DNA of 64,000 bases, taken from contig CAZGQR010000001.1 in assembly GCA_964527765.1 (NCBI GenBank), positions 182,353-246,352 on the forward strand, read 5' to 3'. Both the position numbers and the translations under genes were made by a program. The notes under the pieces were generated by a model that saw only the letters and a list, made by a program, of their open reading frames with translations, did not search any database and had not been told where the DNA came from. The stretch comes from an uncultured Planctomycetia bacterium. Lineage in GTDB: Bacteria; Omnitrophota; Gorgyraeia; Tantalellales; Tantalellaceae. Every line of letters starts with the position of its first letter. Positions within the stretch are counted from its first letter, which is position 1. Positions 19,687 to 29,088 of this stretch are shown in pieces.

Positions 19687-20481
19687 TCAATTTGAAAAAC
19701 GTCCCCTTATTAAAAGGTTGAGCATTTCTTTGTGGATCCTGCCGTTGGTTGCCAGTATCTCCTTTTTAAAAATATCGAACCGGTCACCCTTAAGCGTCGT
19801 CACTGTCCCCCCGGCTTCTTTCACGATCAACAGTCCCGCGGCCGTATCCCAGGGGGCAAGACCTGATTCCCAAAAACCGTCAAACCTGCCGCACGCGACG
19901 TAACAAAGGTCTATCACCGCCGAGCCGGCCCGTCTAACGGCCTGCGCCTTCTGCAGCATTACCTTAAAACGATCAACATTGGCGATCTTCCCTTCAACGT
20001 TATAGGCAAACCCCGTGGCGATCAGCGAATCCTGCACCGCTTCGCTTCTGGAGACCTTTATCCGGTTGCCGTTCAGGAACGCCCCCTTCCCTTGTTCGGC
20101 CGTAAAGAGCTCGTCCCGTGTCGGATCGTACACAACGCCCACTATGATCGAACCGCCCGACATGACTCCTATCGACATGCAGAAAAAAGGAAAACCGTGG
20201 GTATAATTCGTCGTTCCGTCAAGCGGATCGATGACCCACTTGAAAACGCCGCCGGACGCATGCTCCCCGCTTTCTTCCGCCAGTATTGAGTGGGACGGGA
20301 ATGCCTTATTTATCCTGCCGATGATGATCTCTTCACACGTTCTGTCCACATCCGTGACAAGATTATTAAAACCTTCCTTATGTTCTATCTTCCCCAGATC
20401 ATCAATACGCCTTAGAGCATACTTCCCGGCTTCCCTGGCCGCGCTTGCCGCGGTTTCTGTGATCCTATTTAATTCCTCCAT
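19687..20481 (-). CDS. suhB: Inositol monophosphatase family
   Basis: WVIDPLDGTTNY, RRAGSA, WDTAAG. Confidence 0.92.
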   Translation of the reverse strand: MEELNRITETAASAAREAGKYALRRIDDLGKIEHKEGFNNLVTDVDRTCEEIIIGRINKAFPSHSILAEESGEHASGGVFKWVIDPLDGTTNYTHGFPFFCMSIGVMSGGSIIVGVVYDPTRDELFTAEQGKGAFLNGNRIKVSRSEAVQDSLIATGFAYNVEGKIANVDRFKVMLQKAQAVRRAGSAVIDLCYVACGRFDGFWESGLAPWDTAAGLLIVKEAGGTVTTLKGDRFDIFKKEILATNGRIHKEMLNLLIRGRFSN

Positions 20482-20494
20482 ACCGGGATAGAAC

Positions 20495-20782
20495 TTACAA
20501 CTTATAGACCTGGTCCCCTCTTCTTGTCTTTCCCTTGACTTTTACGGCGACTTCCTGACCGGCCGAAACACTTTCCACCGCTTCATGCTCGATCTGCATG
20601 GACGGGATCTTCTCCTGGAAATCGGTCGTGTGCCCCTTGACCCTTATGTGGTCGCCGACGGATAACGTACCCTTATCGATCTTGATAACGGAAGCTTTAA
20701 CGTGAGGAAAATAATGCACCACGGTGCCGATAGGCTCCCCTTCTACCGGCTTTTCCTTTTTCCTGAACAACCCGAAGATCAT
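20495..20782 (-). CDS. Small beta-barrel protein (translation-elongation-factor-like / U32 C-terminal-like domain)
   Basis: IGTVVHYF, KGHTTDF, SMQIEH, GQEVAVK, RRGDQVY. Confidence 0.7.
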   Translation of the reverse strand: MIFGLFRKKEKPVEGEPIGTVVHYFPHVKASVIKIDKGTLSVGDHIRVKGHTTDFQEKIPSMQIEHEAVESVSAGQEVAVKVKGKTRRGDQVYKL

Positions 20783-20837
20783 GACATCCTCCCTTCTTTT
20801 TGCCTTTGGCAGATAATTAAAAACCGGCGATCAAACG

Positions 20838-21509
20838 CTAAATACCGTTAAGCGGACAATTCCCGCACAGCGGTTCCTTCTTCCTGCAAAACCTTTTCGC
20901 TGTTTCTACCAGAAGCGCGTGAAACTGGTTCAGGGCCTTCTCATCCGGCGGAAAACAGCTGTGCACAAGGGACTGCACCTCATCATAAGAGGCGTCCTGG
21001 CGTATCAGCCCGTGGCGTGAAAATATGCGTTTCGTATAGGCATCCACAACGAATACGGGTTTTTTCAGGGCGTATACAAGAATGGAATCGGCTGTCTCCG
21101 GACCGACCCCCTTGACCGCAAGAAGCTTTTCCCTGATGTTCCCGGCATCCTTTCTCCTCAGTCCCCGCAGCTTACCGTTGCACTCCGACATGACAAAGCG
21201 GCTGATCTCCTTCAGCCGCCGGGCCTTTATGCGATAATACCCGACAGGCCGTATGATGCGGGCCAGGCGCGCCGTACGTGTCTTCATGATCTCGGCGGGA
21301 CCCAAGAGCTTTCCGCTCCTCAACCGGCCCATTACCTTCTCAACATTCGACCATGCGGTATTCTGTGTCAATATGGCCCCTACTACCACCTCGAACGCGG
21401 ATCTGGCCGGCCACCATCCGAGATCCCCGAAATGCCCTTCAAGTGATTCATATATTTTCCTGATCTTCGTTCCGCGTCTTTTGGCGGACCTGCTCTTACC
21501 TTTTGACAT
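20838..21509 (-). CDS. Endonuclease III-like HhH-GPD glycosylase with a Cys cluster
   Basis: GAILTQNTAW, KGVGPETAD, VVDAYT, C-x6-C-x2-C terminal cluster. Confidence 0.9.
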   Translation of the reverse strand: MSKGKSRSAKRRGTKIRKIYESLEGHFGDLGWWPARSAFEVVVGAILTQNTAWSNVEKVMGRLRSGKLLGPAEIMKTRTARLARIIRPVGYYRIKARRLKEISRFVMSECNGKLRGLRRKDAGNIREKLLAVKGVGPETADSILVYALKKPVFVVDAYTKRIFSRHGLIRQDASYDEVQSLVHSCFPPDEKALNQFHALLVETAKRFCRKKEPLCGNCPLNGI

Positions 21510-22620
21510 ACGTATCTCTCGCGGCCTCCGCCATGCGGATCCTTTCAGCGATCGGCGGATGATTATAAAGAAAGATTTTCTTCAGCCGCGAGGGCGCTAC
21601 ATCCGCCAGGTTCGTGGAAGCCAGTTTTCTCATGACCGAAATAAATTCCTCCGGTTTTCCTGTAATGTCCAGCGCGAACCTGTCCGCCTGGCGTTCCAGG
21701 ACCCGCGAGAGGAAGTTTTGTGCCGGCAGCAGGATGATGCCGAAGATGACCGCCAGGAGCACAAGAACGGGAAAAAGATAAAGATCGGACAGCCCCGAGG
21801 CCCCGGTCAGAACAACGATTTTCTTTGCGATGAGAGAAAGGATAAAAAACCCTGCCACGGTCATGGTCCCGGAAAAGATCAGCAGTTGCCACATGTGTCC
21901 GTGCTTGAAATGCCCGAACTCATGGGCGACAACGACCCCGACCTCTTCCGGGGTGAATCCTTCCGTCAATGTATCCGCCAGGACGACCCTGCGTGTTTTT
22001 CCGAGGCCGACCAGCGCGGCATTTGCCTTGCTGGTCTTGCGGCTGAGATCGATCTTGCACACATCCATGAGGCGTATTCCCGCTTTCTTCGCCAGGGCCA
22101 TGATCTTTTCCCTGAGCGAGCTGTCTTCGATCGGGAGATATTTAAAAAATACCGGTATGATCAGCACCGGCAGGAACCGGGCCAGCACTATCGTGAAAAA
22201 GATCCATGCCGCCGCGGCTATGACCCACCAGCCTGCCGGAAAATTACGCAGGACCAGATAAAACACCTGGATACAGGCGATCGACAGCGCAAAGGCGAGT
22301 GCCGCGGACTTGGCCTCGTCAGCAAGCCAGGCCCCGAAACCCTGTCTCGATAGCCCGAAACGCCGCTCCACGAAAAAAGAACCCGCAAGATGAAGCGGGA
22401 AACTCGCGATATACATGAAAACCAGAAACGCGCAAGCAAATAAAAAACAGGCAACATAAAAATTAGAGTGAATATCAAAGACTGTCCGCGAAACAGGGCG
22501 TGACAGGAAAAGTTGAAATATCACAAGCAGGGCGACCGTAAGGATAAGATCTGCCACAAAGATTCGCGACTTTATCGCGGAATACTTCTTCGCCTGAGCC
22601 GAAGTGTATTCCTCGCTCAT
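21496..22620 (-). CDS. STE24-like M48 integral membrane metalloprotease
   Basis: Multiple TM helices, ANAALVG, AHEFGH, ERQAD, NHPP. Confidence 0.9.
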   Translation of the reverse strand: MSEEYTSAQAKKYSAIKSRIFVADLILTVALLVIFQLFLSRPVSRTVFDIHSNFYVACFLFACAFLVFMYIASFPLHLAGSFFVERRFGLSRQGFGAWLADEAKSAALAFALSIACIQVFYLVLRNFPAGWWVIAAAAWIFFTIVLARFLPVLIIPVFFKYLPIEDSSLREKIMALAKKAGIRLMDVCKIDLSRKTSKANAALVGLGKTRRVVLADTLTEGFTPEEVGVVVAHEFGHFKHGHMWQLLIFSGTMTVAGFFILSLIAKKIVVLTGASGLSDLYLFPVLVLLAVIFGIILLPAQNFLSRVLERQADRFALDITGKPEEFISVMRKLASTNLADVAPSRLKKIFLYNHPPIAERIRMAEAARDTYVKR

Positions 22621-24227
22621 GTTCTTGAGTTTATCTCCGCCAATGCTTCTTCTGCCTTTTTTCTGAGACGGGTGGATTCCACCTGTGTAAGTGATTCCAG
22701 GAGCGCTTTTTCGCTACCGCCGCCCATTTTGCCGATGACCTCCACGGAAGCCAGTTTCACCGCCATGTTCCTGTCATTGACATGGACCCTGGCGGTCGAC
22801 AGAGCCTTTTTGCTTTTTCTTTCCCCAAGCGCAATGATCGCCCGGCTGACGATCCTGGGATCGGGATTGTCAGCCGCCTTGACCAATTGCTCGTCGGCGC
22901 CGTCGACCTTCATCTTGCTGATCTTTTCAACCGCCAGCACCCTGACATTGAGATCGGGGTCTGCCATGAGCTTTACCAGCGGCTGGAGGCAATCCTTTGT
23001 GTCGATCTTCGCCAGCGTCCTGACGAGTTCAAGGCGGATACCGGGATCGGCATCCGTCACAAGCCGTGAAAGAGCGAAAACGGCTTCAGCGGATCTAAGG
23101 TCTCCCAAAGCGATGACCGCGACCATGCGCACCCGCGGATCAGGATCGCCGAGGGCGTCAATAAACGAATCTGTTTCATTCTTACCGCCCTGGCCGGTCA
23201 GCGCTTTTACATTATGATACTTGATGTCATCCAGCGCCTGCTGGGCTTTCTGCCTGAGGAGAGTGGATTCAGCGCTTAGAAGAGATTCCAGAAGCTGCCT
23301 TTCGCTTTCGCCGCCTATCTTGCCGATGACCTCCACGGAAGCCAGCTTTACGGACATGTGCTCATCATTCAGATGGGCCTTGGCGACTTCCATGGCCTTA
23401 TCGCTTTTCCTGTTCCCGAGCGCAATGATCGCCCGGCTGGCGATCCTCGGGTCCGGGTTGTTCGCCGCCTTGACCAGGGGGGCGTCGATGCCGTCAAGAC
23501 GCATCCGGCTGATCTCTTCGATCGCCAGCACTCTGACACCTACATCCGGATCCGACATAAGCCACACCAGCGGCTGCAGGCAATCCTGCGTGCCGATCTT
23601 CGCCAGCGCTATGACGAGTTCACGCCGCACGCCGGGATCGACATCTCTCACCATCTGCGATAGATATGGGACTGCCTTCTTCGCCTTGAGATCACCGAGG
23701 GCGATGATCGCGAACAGGCGTACCCGCGGATCATAATCACCGAGAACGGCGATGAACAGGTCCACTTCGTCCTTGGGCTTTAATCTGGCCAGCGCTTTTA
23801 CGGCGTTATACCGGACATTCGGATCGTAATCGTTCAAAAGACTTTTTAACGGCCCGACGGAAGACTGCTTCTCGCCTATCACGCTCAGGGTCCTGGCCGC
23901 GATCTGCCTTACCCTCGGCTTATTGTCGTTCAGCAGGGTAACGACCTCATCCTCCATTGAAGAATCATGGACACTGGCTATGATGTTCAGCGCCGCGATC
24001 TGGACAGAGGCATTGCTTCTATCCTGAAGCGCGGATAACAGGTGCTCGGAAACTTCCGTACCGTAACTTGAAAGCTGCCTCTGGGCGTCCATGGCGCTGC
24101 TTCTGTCGTATAGCTGGGAAACCAGGCGCTTGATCTTATAAGCTTTTCGGTTCGTTGCTGCATGAGACGATAACGGTATACACGCCAGCATGATCGCAAG
24201 CACTGTAACGATCGTTTTCTTGACCAT
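22617..24227 (-). CDS. Exported HEAT-repeat protein with an internal 197-aa duplication
   Basis: Signal peptide ending SHA; repeated DxDPxVR..AL motifs; 591-bp DNA offset between halves. Confidence 0.88.
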   Translation of the reverse strand: MVKKTIVTVLAIMLACIPLSSHAATNRKAYKIKRLVSQLYDRSSAMDAQRQLSSYGTEVSEHLLSALQDRSNASVQIAALNIIASVHDSSMEDEVVTLLNDNKPRVRQIAARTLSVIGEKQSSVGPLKSLLNDYDPNVRYNAVKALARLKPKDEVDLFIAVLGDYDPRVRLFAIIALGDLKAKKAVPYLSQMVRDVDPGVRRELVIALAKIGTQDCLQPLVWLMSDPDVGVRVLAIEEISRMRLDGIDAPLVKAANNPDPRIASRAIIALGNRKSDKAMEVAKAHLNDEHMSVKLASVEVIGKIGGESERQLLESLLSAESTLLRQKAQQALDDIKYHNVKALTGQGGKNETDSFIDALGDPDPRVRMVAVIALGDLRSAEAVFALSRLVTDADPGIRLELVRTLAKIDTKDCLQPLVKLMADPDLNVRVLAVEKISKMKVDGADEQLVKAADNPDPRIVSRAIIALGERKSKKALSTARVHVNDRNMAVKLASVEVIGKMGGGSEKALLESLTQVESTRLRKKAEEALAEINSRT

Positions 24228-24250
24228 TTTATCCCCCGTTCTTGGTTTGC

Positions 24251-24607
24251 TTACTTTTTCTTTGAAGTTTTTTTGCTCTTACCGGCTATATTTATACGCG
24301 ACAGCTTTTTCTTAACTTTTGCGCCTTCTGAGTCTATCCTGAAAAGCTGTTTCTTGTATTTTTCCAGCTCGGGAACATCAAATTCCCCCTTTGCGAGTTT
24401 CCCGGCAACATACTTGCCAAGCTCATGATAAAGTTTTTCCTTCTGCAGGTTCTTCATCTGTATCTCCACATGAGCCTGTGCCACCTTGTACATCTTGGAA
24501 ATGTCATCTTCGGCGATCTTTACCGCTTTTGCCAGCTGTTCGCCCGTTTTCTTCACAACGGGCTGATATTTCTTCATCAGTTTGTCCAGGTCAGTTTTCT
24601 TAACCAT
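24251..24607 (-). CDS. Hypothetical basic helical protein
   Basis: Clean ORF with a GGGG RBS, in operon context. Confidence 0.7.
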   Translation of the reverse strand: MVKKTDLDKLMKKYQPVVKKTGEQLAKAVKIAEDDISKMYKVAQAHVEIQMKNLQKEKLYHELGKYVAGKLAKGEFDVPELEKYKKQLFRIDSEGAKVKKKLSRINIAGKSKKTSKKK

Positions 24608-24655
24608 CTTGTCCCCTTTCGTTTTACCCGTGCCTTTACCCCGGATCTTTTCTAA

Positions 24656-25456
24656 TTATCCTTCGTCAAAATAATCTTTCCTGTCATACTTGTATTTGCA
24701 GATCCCCCTCTCGGAAGATTCCACGAACGAAACAAGCCGGGCGATCTCATCCGAATGAAAAGAACCCCTTATCCTGGCAAGGGCATCCTGAGTGGACATC
24801 TCCGAGAGAAACAGTATCTTATACGCCTCTTTTATTTCCTTTATTGTCTCCCGGCTGAACCCGGCCCGCCTGAGACCCACAAGATTTACCCCTCTCACCA
24901 CCGAAGGGCCCCTCACGAGCATATACGGGGGGACGTCCTTGTTCACGCCCGTGAAACCTCCTATCATGACCAATCGGCCTATGCGGCAGAACTGGTGAAA
25001 GACCACGTTCCCGGATATGAAAGTGCCCCTTCCGACCTGCACGTGCCCCGCCAGGAGCGCCCCGTTGGCAATAACAATATCATCTTCTATGACGCAATTG
25101 TGCCCGATATGCGCCTGGACCATCAGAAAATTGTTATCACCTATGACGGTCGCCGAACCTTCGGCGGTACCGCGGTGTATTGTAACGTATTCCCGGATGA
25201 TGTTATTCCTGCCGATCCTCGTAAAGGCCTCCGCTCCTTTATACGAATGATCCTGGGGTTCGTTCCCAATAACCGCTCCGTTGTGGATGACAGTCCCCTC
25301 TCCTATCTCGGTGCCCCTGTATATATACGCATTGGATGCGATCCTGACGCCCGGGTGGATCCGCACCCCTCCCTCAACTATTACGCCGGGTCCGATATCC
25401 GCAGAGGGATCTATTTCGGCAGACTTGTCAATTATGGCCGTCTTATGTATGCCCAT
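24656..25456 (-). CDS. lpxA: Acyl-ACP--UDP-N-acetylglucosamine O-acyltransferase
   Basis: Hexapeptide repeats, IREYVTIHRGT, HIGHNC, LAGHV, HQF, KDVPPY, GVNLVGLRR. Confidence 0.92.
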   Translation of the reverse strand: MGIHKTAIIDKSAEIDPSADIGPGVIVEGGVRIHPGVRIASNAYIYRGTEIGEGTVIHNGAVIGNEPQDHSYKGAEAFTRIGRNNIIREYVTIHRGTAEGSATVIGDNNFLMVQAHIGHNCVIEDDIVIANGALLAGHVQVGRGTFISGNVVFHQFCRIGRLVMIGGFTGVNKDVPPYMLVRGPSVVRGVNLVGLRRAGFSRETIKEIKEAYKILFLSEMSTQDALARIRGSFHSDEIARLVSFVESSERGICKYKYDRKDYFDEG

Positions 25457-25852
25457 TTATCTCTGCCCTTTTGCATCGTCCAGCTTATCGACAAGATCGT
25501 TTATCACGTCCGCTATCGGACCGAGGTCATGGTCCCTGCTGATCTGAAGCCTGACGCTGTAATCCCCTTCATCGATCCTCTTTATGTCCTCTTCCAGCCG
25601 TTCCAACGGCGCAACAAACCTGTATGACAGGACAATGGCCCACGTCAGCAGGACAATGAAGACCACGGGCAGGCCTATAACAAGGATGAAATTGATCCTC
25701 TGGATGACCGGCAGAAGATCCCTGGCAATGACATCGGGAAGGGCGATCTGTTCCGCCATGATGGCCAGAATAAGATAATAGAGGCATCCGCCCACGACCA
25801 CCGTGGGGATCACCATCGAAAGTATAAGAATAAACAGATAGCGTGATTGCAA
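25457..25852 (-). CDS. Small 2-TM HAMP-domain protein (start uncertain)
   Basis: Two TM helices then PLERL...GDYSVRL...DHDL...IN HAMP pattern; no output domain. Confidence 0.75.
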   Translation of the reverse strand: MQSRYLFILILSMVIPTVVVGGCLYYLILAIMAEQIALPDVIARDLLPVIQRINFILVIGLPVVFIVLLTWAIVLSYRFVAPLERLEEDIKRIDEGDYSVRLQISRDHDLGPIADVINDLVDKLDDAKGQR

Positions 25853-25895
25853 TGACCTATTTAAATACCTGATGATAGCTCCTTCCGTTAAAAAT

Positions 25896-26804
25896 TTACT
25901 GTCCTTCTGTTTTTTCTTCTGCCCCTTCTGTGTCTTTTTTCTTTTCCTCTGCTTTCGGTTCCGGTTCTTTTTTCTTTTCCGGTTCCGACCTGTCCGGCAC
26001 CTCCGGTTTCACCTCTTCCATCACGCCTGTCTCCGGCTCCGGCTCTATCTCTTTCTTTGGCTCCTCCTTCGCTTCGACGGCCGGGACCTGACCGGTTTCC
26101 AGATAACCGATCTCGATATCGCCGTAATATGCCGCCGCATCGGAGCCCGTGCTGTCAGAATCCGTCATGAACGATATTGCCGTCACGTCCTTCTCGAGCT
26201 CTTCCCCGAAAAGATCCCGGAAATCGCTCCTTATGTCCCTCTCCTCGTGCTTCCACTGGTCAGACTCGCCCGATTCCAGGACCAGGAGCTTGACCTTTTT
26301 TGTGTACGGGCTCGGCGCGACAGTTCCCGCGGGAATATCATGCGTCCATACATATTGAATGGCCTTGGCGTTAAGAAAGAACCTGGCGTGAAAAATAACA
26401 TATACCTGGGCTACAAAATCGAACTCGGCCTTTTTGTCCAGGGTCTCCTTCTTTTTTCGGGAAGGGAACTTTTCGGCTTTCCAGTCCCAGCTGATGAAAG
26501 GATTCCTATTGCAGGAAAGGCGCTGCCGGTAAAAAAGCGCCGAAGCGGAGTCACAACTGACGGCCTTCACGCAATCCTTCCCGTCGCACTTTGCCACGCT
26601 GTAATCAGTGCTCTTCTGCGACAGCCGTTTCTCCTGCCATTCGCCGAGGCTTCGGTCGGACGAAAACAAAAAACGTTTTATTGTTTCGCGCCTGGCGGCT
26701 CCGGGCGGCCTTTTAACCGTCAGGAAAACATATATCCCGAGCGTGACTGTGACGACAGCGATGATCAGGGAAATAATAATAAGGAATCTTCGCGGTCGTT
26801 TCAC
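25896..26804 (-). CDS. DUF3047-like protein with an E/K/P-rich tail
   Basis: N-terminal TM; SWDWK, IQYVW, SPYT, MTDSDST. Confidence 0.8.
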   Translation of the reverse strand: MKRPRRFLIIISLIIAVVTVTLGIYVFLTVKRPPGAARRETIKRFLFSSDRSLGEWQEKRLSQKSTDYSVAKCDGKDCVKAVSCDSASALFYRQRLSCNRNPFISWDWKAEKFPSRKKKETLDKKAEFDFVAQVYVIFHARFFLNAKAIQYVWTHDIPAGTVAPSPYTKKVKLLVLESGESDQWKHEERDIRSDFRDLFGEELEKDVTAISFMTDSDSTGSDAAAYYGDIEIGYLETGQVPAVEAKEEPKKEIEPEPETGVMEEVKPEVPDRSEPEKKKEPEPKAEEKKKDTEGAEEKTEGQ

Positions 26805-26819
26805 ATAACTCCCTTGCCG

Positions 26820-27161
26820 CTACACGTTTATTTTCTCGGCCCACTCGCCTATTACGGGCATCTTCCACTTGTTCCCCATGAGCACCTGAACGATCCCCGC
26901 AAGAGAAAGCAGCGCGCAAACAAGTATCCCGAGCGTGTAAATGACCGGGCCGAGTATCGGTATTATCCCTATGATCGCAACGCCTATCTCGACAATAAAA
27001 AGTATGAGGCCCTGACGTACGTGAAACCGCACAAATTCGCCTTCTTTTTTCATCAGGAGCGGGACAAGGCAAAGGATCCACAAGTATGCCAGTATGGCGT
27101 ACGCATTCTCTCCTGAAACGGGCGTCCTGGTCCGGGGCGCTTTCTTTTCTTCTTCCATCAT
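26820..27161 (-). CDS. DUF4870-like small membrane protein
   Basis: LAYL...FVRFHVRQGL...PVIG. Confidence 0.75.
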   Translation of the reverse strand: MMEEEKKAPRTRTPVSGENAYAILAYLWILCLVPLLMKKEGEFVRFHVRQGLILFIVEIGVAIIGIIPILGPVIYTLGILVCALLSLAGIVQVLMGNKWKMPVIGEWAEKINV

Positions 27162-27258
27162 CCCTCCTTTTACTGTTTTATGCGCTGAAATATCCTAATA
27201 TTAACTTATATTCTAATGTTTATATATTAAAAGTCAATAGATTACTATCCCGACGGAT

Positions 27259-27295
27259 AAAAAACCCCGGTCCGCTTTAAGCGGACCGGGGTTTT
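27259..27295 (-). terminator. Intrinsic terminator after the outer-membrane protein gene
   Basis: AAAACCCCGGTCCGC-TTTAA-GCGGACCGGGGTTTT. Confidence 0.9.
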
Positions 27296-27318
27296 AAAAC
27301 TTCCGAGCTGGATATAAC

Positions 27319-28758
27319 TTAGAAGCTGAGCTTTACGGTACCGACTATGTCGGTAGCGGTGTCCTTATTGGGGCTCTGGAAGTGCTTGCCCGGGAAGAAC
27401 CATGCTGCCAGAAGATTGAAGGATACATCCTCTGTGTAGTCCCAGGTCAGGCTGAGGTCGACTTCGTCGCCGAGATTCTTGTTGCTAAGCGCCGGAGTCC
27501 ACTGCTCCTGAAGCCAGAAATGGCCGTAGAGAGCCTCAAAAGTAAGGCTGTCGGTCGGCTCCACCGAACCTCTTACCAGTATCTGGTGCTGGTTGGTAAA
27601 GGACGGCGAGCTGGCCTGAGCCGTGGCGTAATACACGTTCTGGAACTCTCTGATGGCCGTATCGAACTTGCCTCTGAACATCACGTCCCAGCCCTGGTAA
27701 TCACCGGTTGTGTTGGCATTCATAAGACCCTGATCGTTCTCACCGGAGTAGAAAATATACTCCACACCGAGCACGGGTCTCCAGGCGAAATCATCCTGCC
27801 AGTAACGGCATTCGATCATGGCGTCTATCGCCCAGGCGCTTCTGTCTCTGCCATTAACCTGGCTGTTTATGCCCAGGTATTGACCGCACTGATAGGCCGC
27901 TTCCACGGCGATCGTCCAGTCCTCGATCGGATCGAAGCTGCCGCGGCCGCCGAGCGTGTGGACGCTGTTGTCATCATGGCCGTTCATGCTGGTGATGCTT
28001 GTGCCATTGGCGGTTCCCGGGTTCCTGGACTGTTTCCACCACCAGTAACCTTCCGCTTCCGCGTTGTAAACATCGAACACGTAACCGATGTTCACGCCCC
28101 AGAGGTTCACATCATCATCGGACCTTCTCATATTCTCGCTTATCTTGGCGTACACGCCGTCGATGGTCCAGGGATCATAATCCAGTGTAGCTCTTACGGC
28201 GTCAAAAGAACGGATCGCTGTATATTCCTTTGGATAGATGTTGAACTGAGGATCCTGCAAGTTTGCGCCGATTATGAACCCTTTACCGAACCAGAGATCC
28301 TGACGGCCTATCCTCAGTGTAAGAGGAGAGTACAGGAACTCTTTCAGTTCGATGTAAGCCAAGTCAACATCGAGCTTCAGCTCCATGCTGTCGTTACCTA
28401 TGACTCTGTTCTCCACAATACCGTTGACGGTGATATTTCTTAATTCACCACCGGCGACGCTATTGTACCGCCAGTCACCCCACACTCTCTGGTTGACCAG
28501 TCTGATCACACCGGAAACATTGTCGGTGAGATCGGCGTCGACCTGAACTTCCGCAGTGCTCAGCAGGTAAGTCGCCCAGTCATTCGATTCACCACCGGTA
28601 TTGACTTCCGCATCGTCGCGGTTCAGATCATAATCGCCTCTCGCGAAGGCGCGCAGCGCGATATCGCCGCTTACCTTCACACTCTGCGTTTCGGCATATG
28701 CGACCGCGGAAACCGCGAACACAAGAGCCAGAACGCACAGAACTTTCAAACACTTCAT
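27319..28758 (-). CDS. Outer-membrane beta-barrel (alginate-export-family-like porin)
   Basis: Signal peptide AYA, IGRQDL..G, FDAVR, amphipathic strands, C-terminal Phe; strong AAGGAGGT RBS. Confidence 0.82.
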   Translation of the reverse strand: MKCLKVLCVLALVFAVSAVAYAETQSVKVSGDIALRAFARGDYDLNRDDAEVNTGGESNDWATYLLSTAEVQVDADLTDNVSGVIRLVNQRVWGDWRYNSVAGGELRNITVNGIVENRVIGNDSMELKLDVDLAYIELKEFLYSPLTLRIGRQDLWFGKGFIIGANLQDPQFNIYPKEYTAIRSFDAVRATLDYDPWTIDGVYAKISENMRRSDDDVNLWGVNIGYVFDVYNAEAEGYWWWKQSRNPGTANGTSITSMNGHDDNSVHTLGGRGSFDPIEDWTIAVEAAYQCGQYLGINSQVNGRDRSAWAIDAMIECRYWQDDFAWRPVLGVEYIFYSGENDQGLMNANTTGDYQGWDVMFRGKFDTAIREFQNVYYATAQASSPSFTNQHQILVRGSVEPTDSLTFEALYGHFWLQEQWTPALSNKNLGDEVDLSLTWDYTEDVSFNLLAAWFFPGKHFQSPNKDTATDIVGTVKLSF

Positions 28759-29019
28759 GTTACCTCCTTAAAGGTAATTATTGCTTTCAAACAGTATTTC
28801 AAACGAACAGCTTTTCCGCTGTTCTTGTTTTTTCTATATACGTATCGCCCTGAAAGTTGACAGCTTCTGGCATTTTATCCACCTTTTTTATTTCCTCCCC
28901 CCTTTCTCTGCCGGAATCGAAGCCGCCTCGGCGGTACATGCGATAAAAAGAACATCACGTTATATCTGTAAGCTCTATATTACGGATAGATAGACCTATA
29001 GATATAACTTTTGACAGAA

Positions 29020-29047
29020 AGTATAGCATGAAAATCCCTGATGTCAA
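29020..29047 (-). promoter_or_regulatory. sigma70 promoter with extended -10
   Basis: TTGACA-N16-TATACT, with TGn before the -10. Confidence 0.75.
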
Positions 29048-29088
29048 GTCTCGGGCGAACAAAAATTTGATGTTAAAAGAATAGAAAT

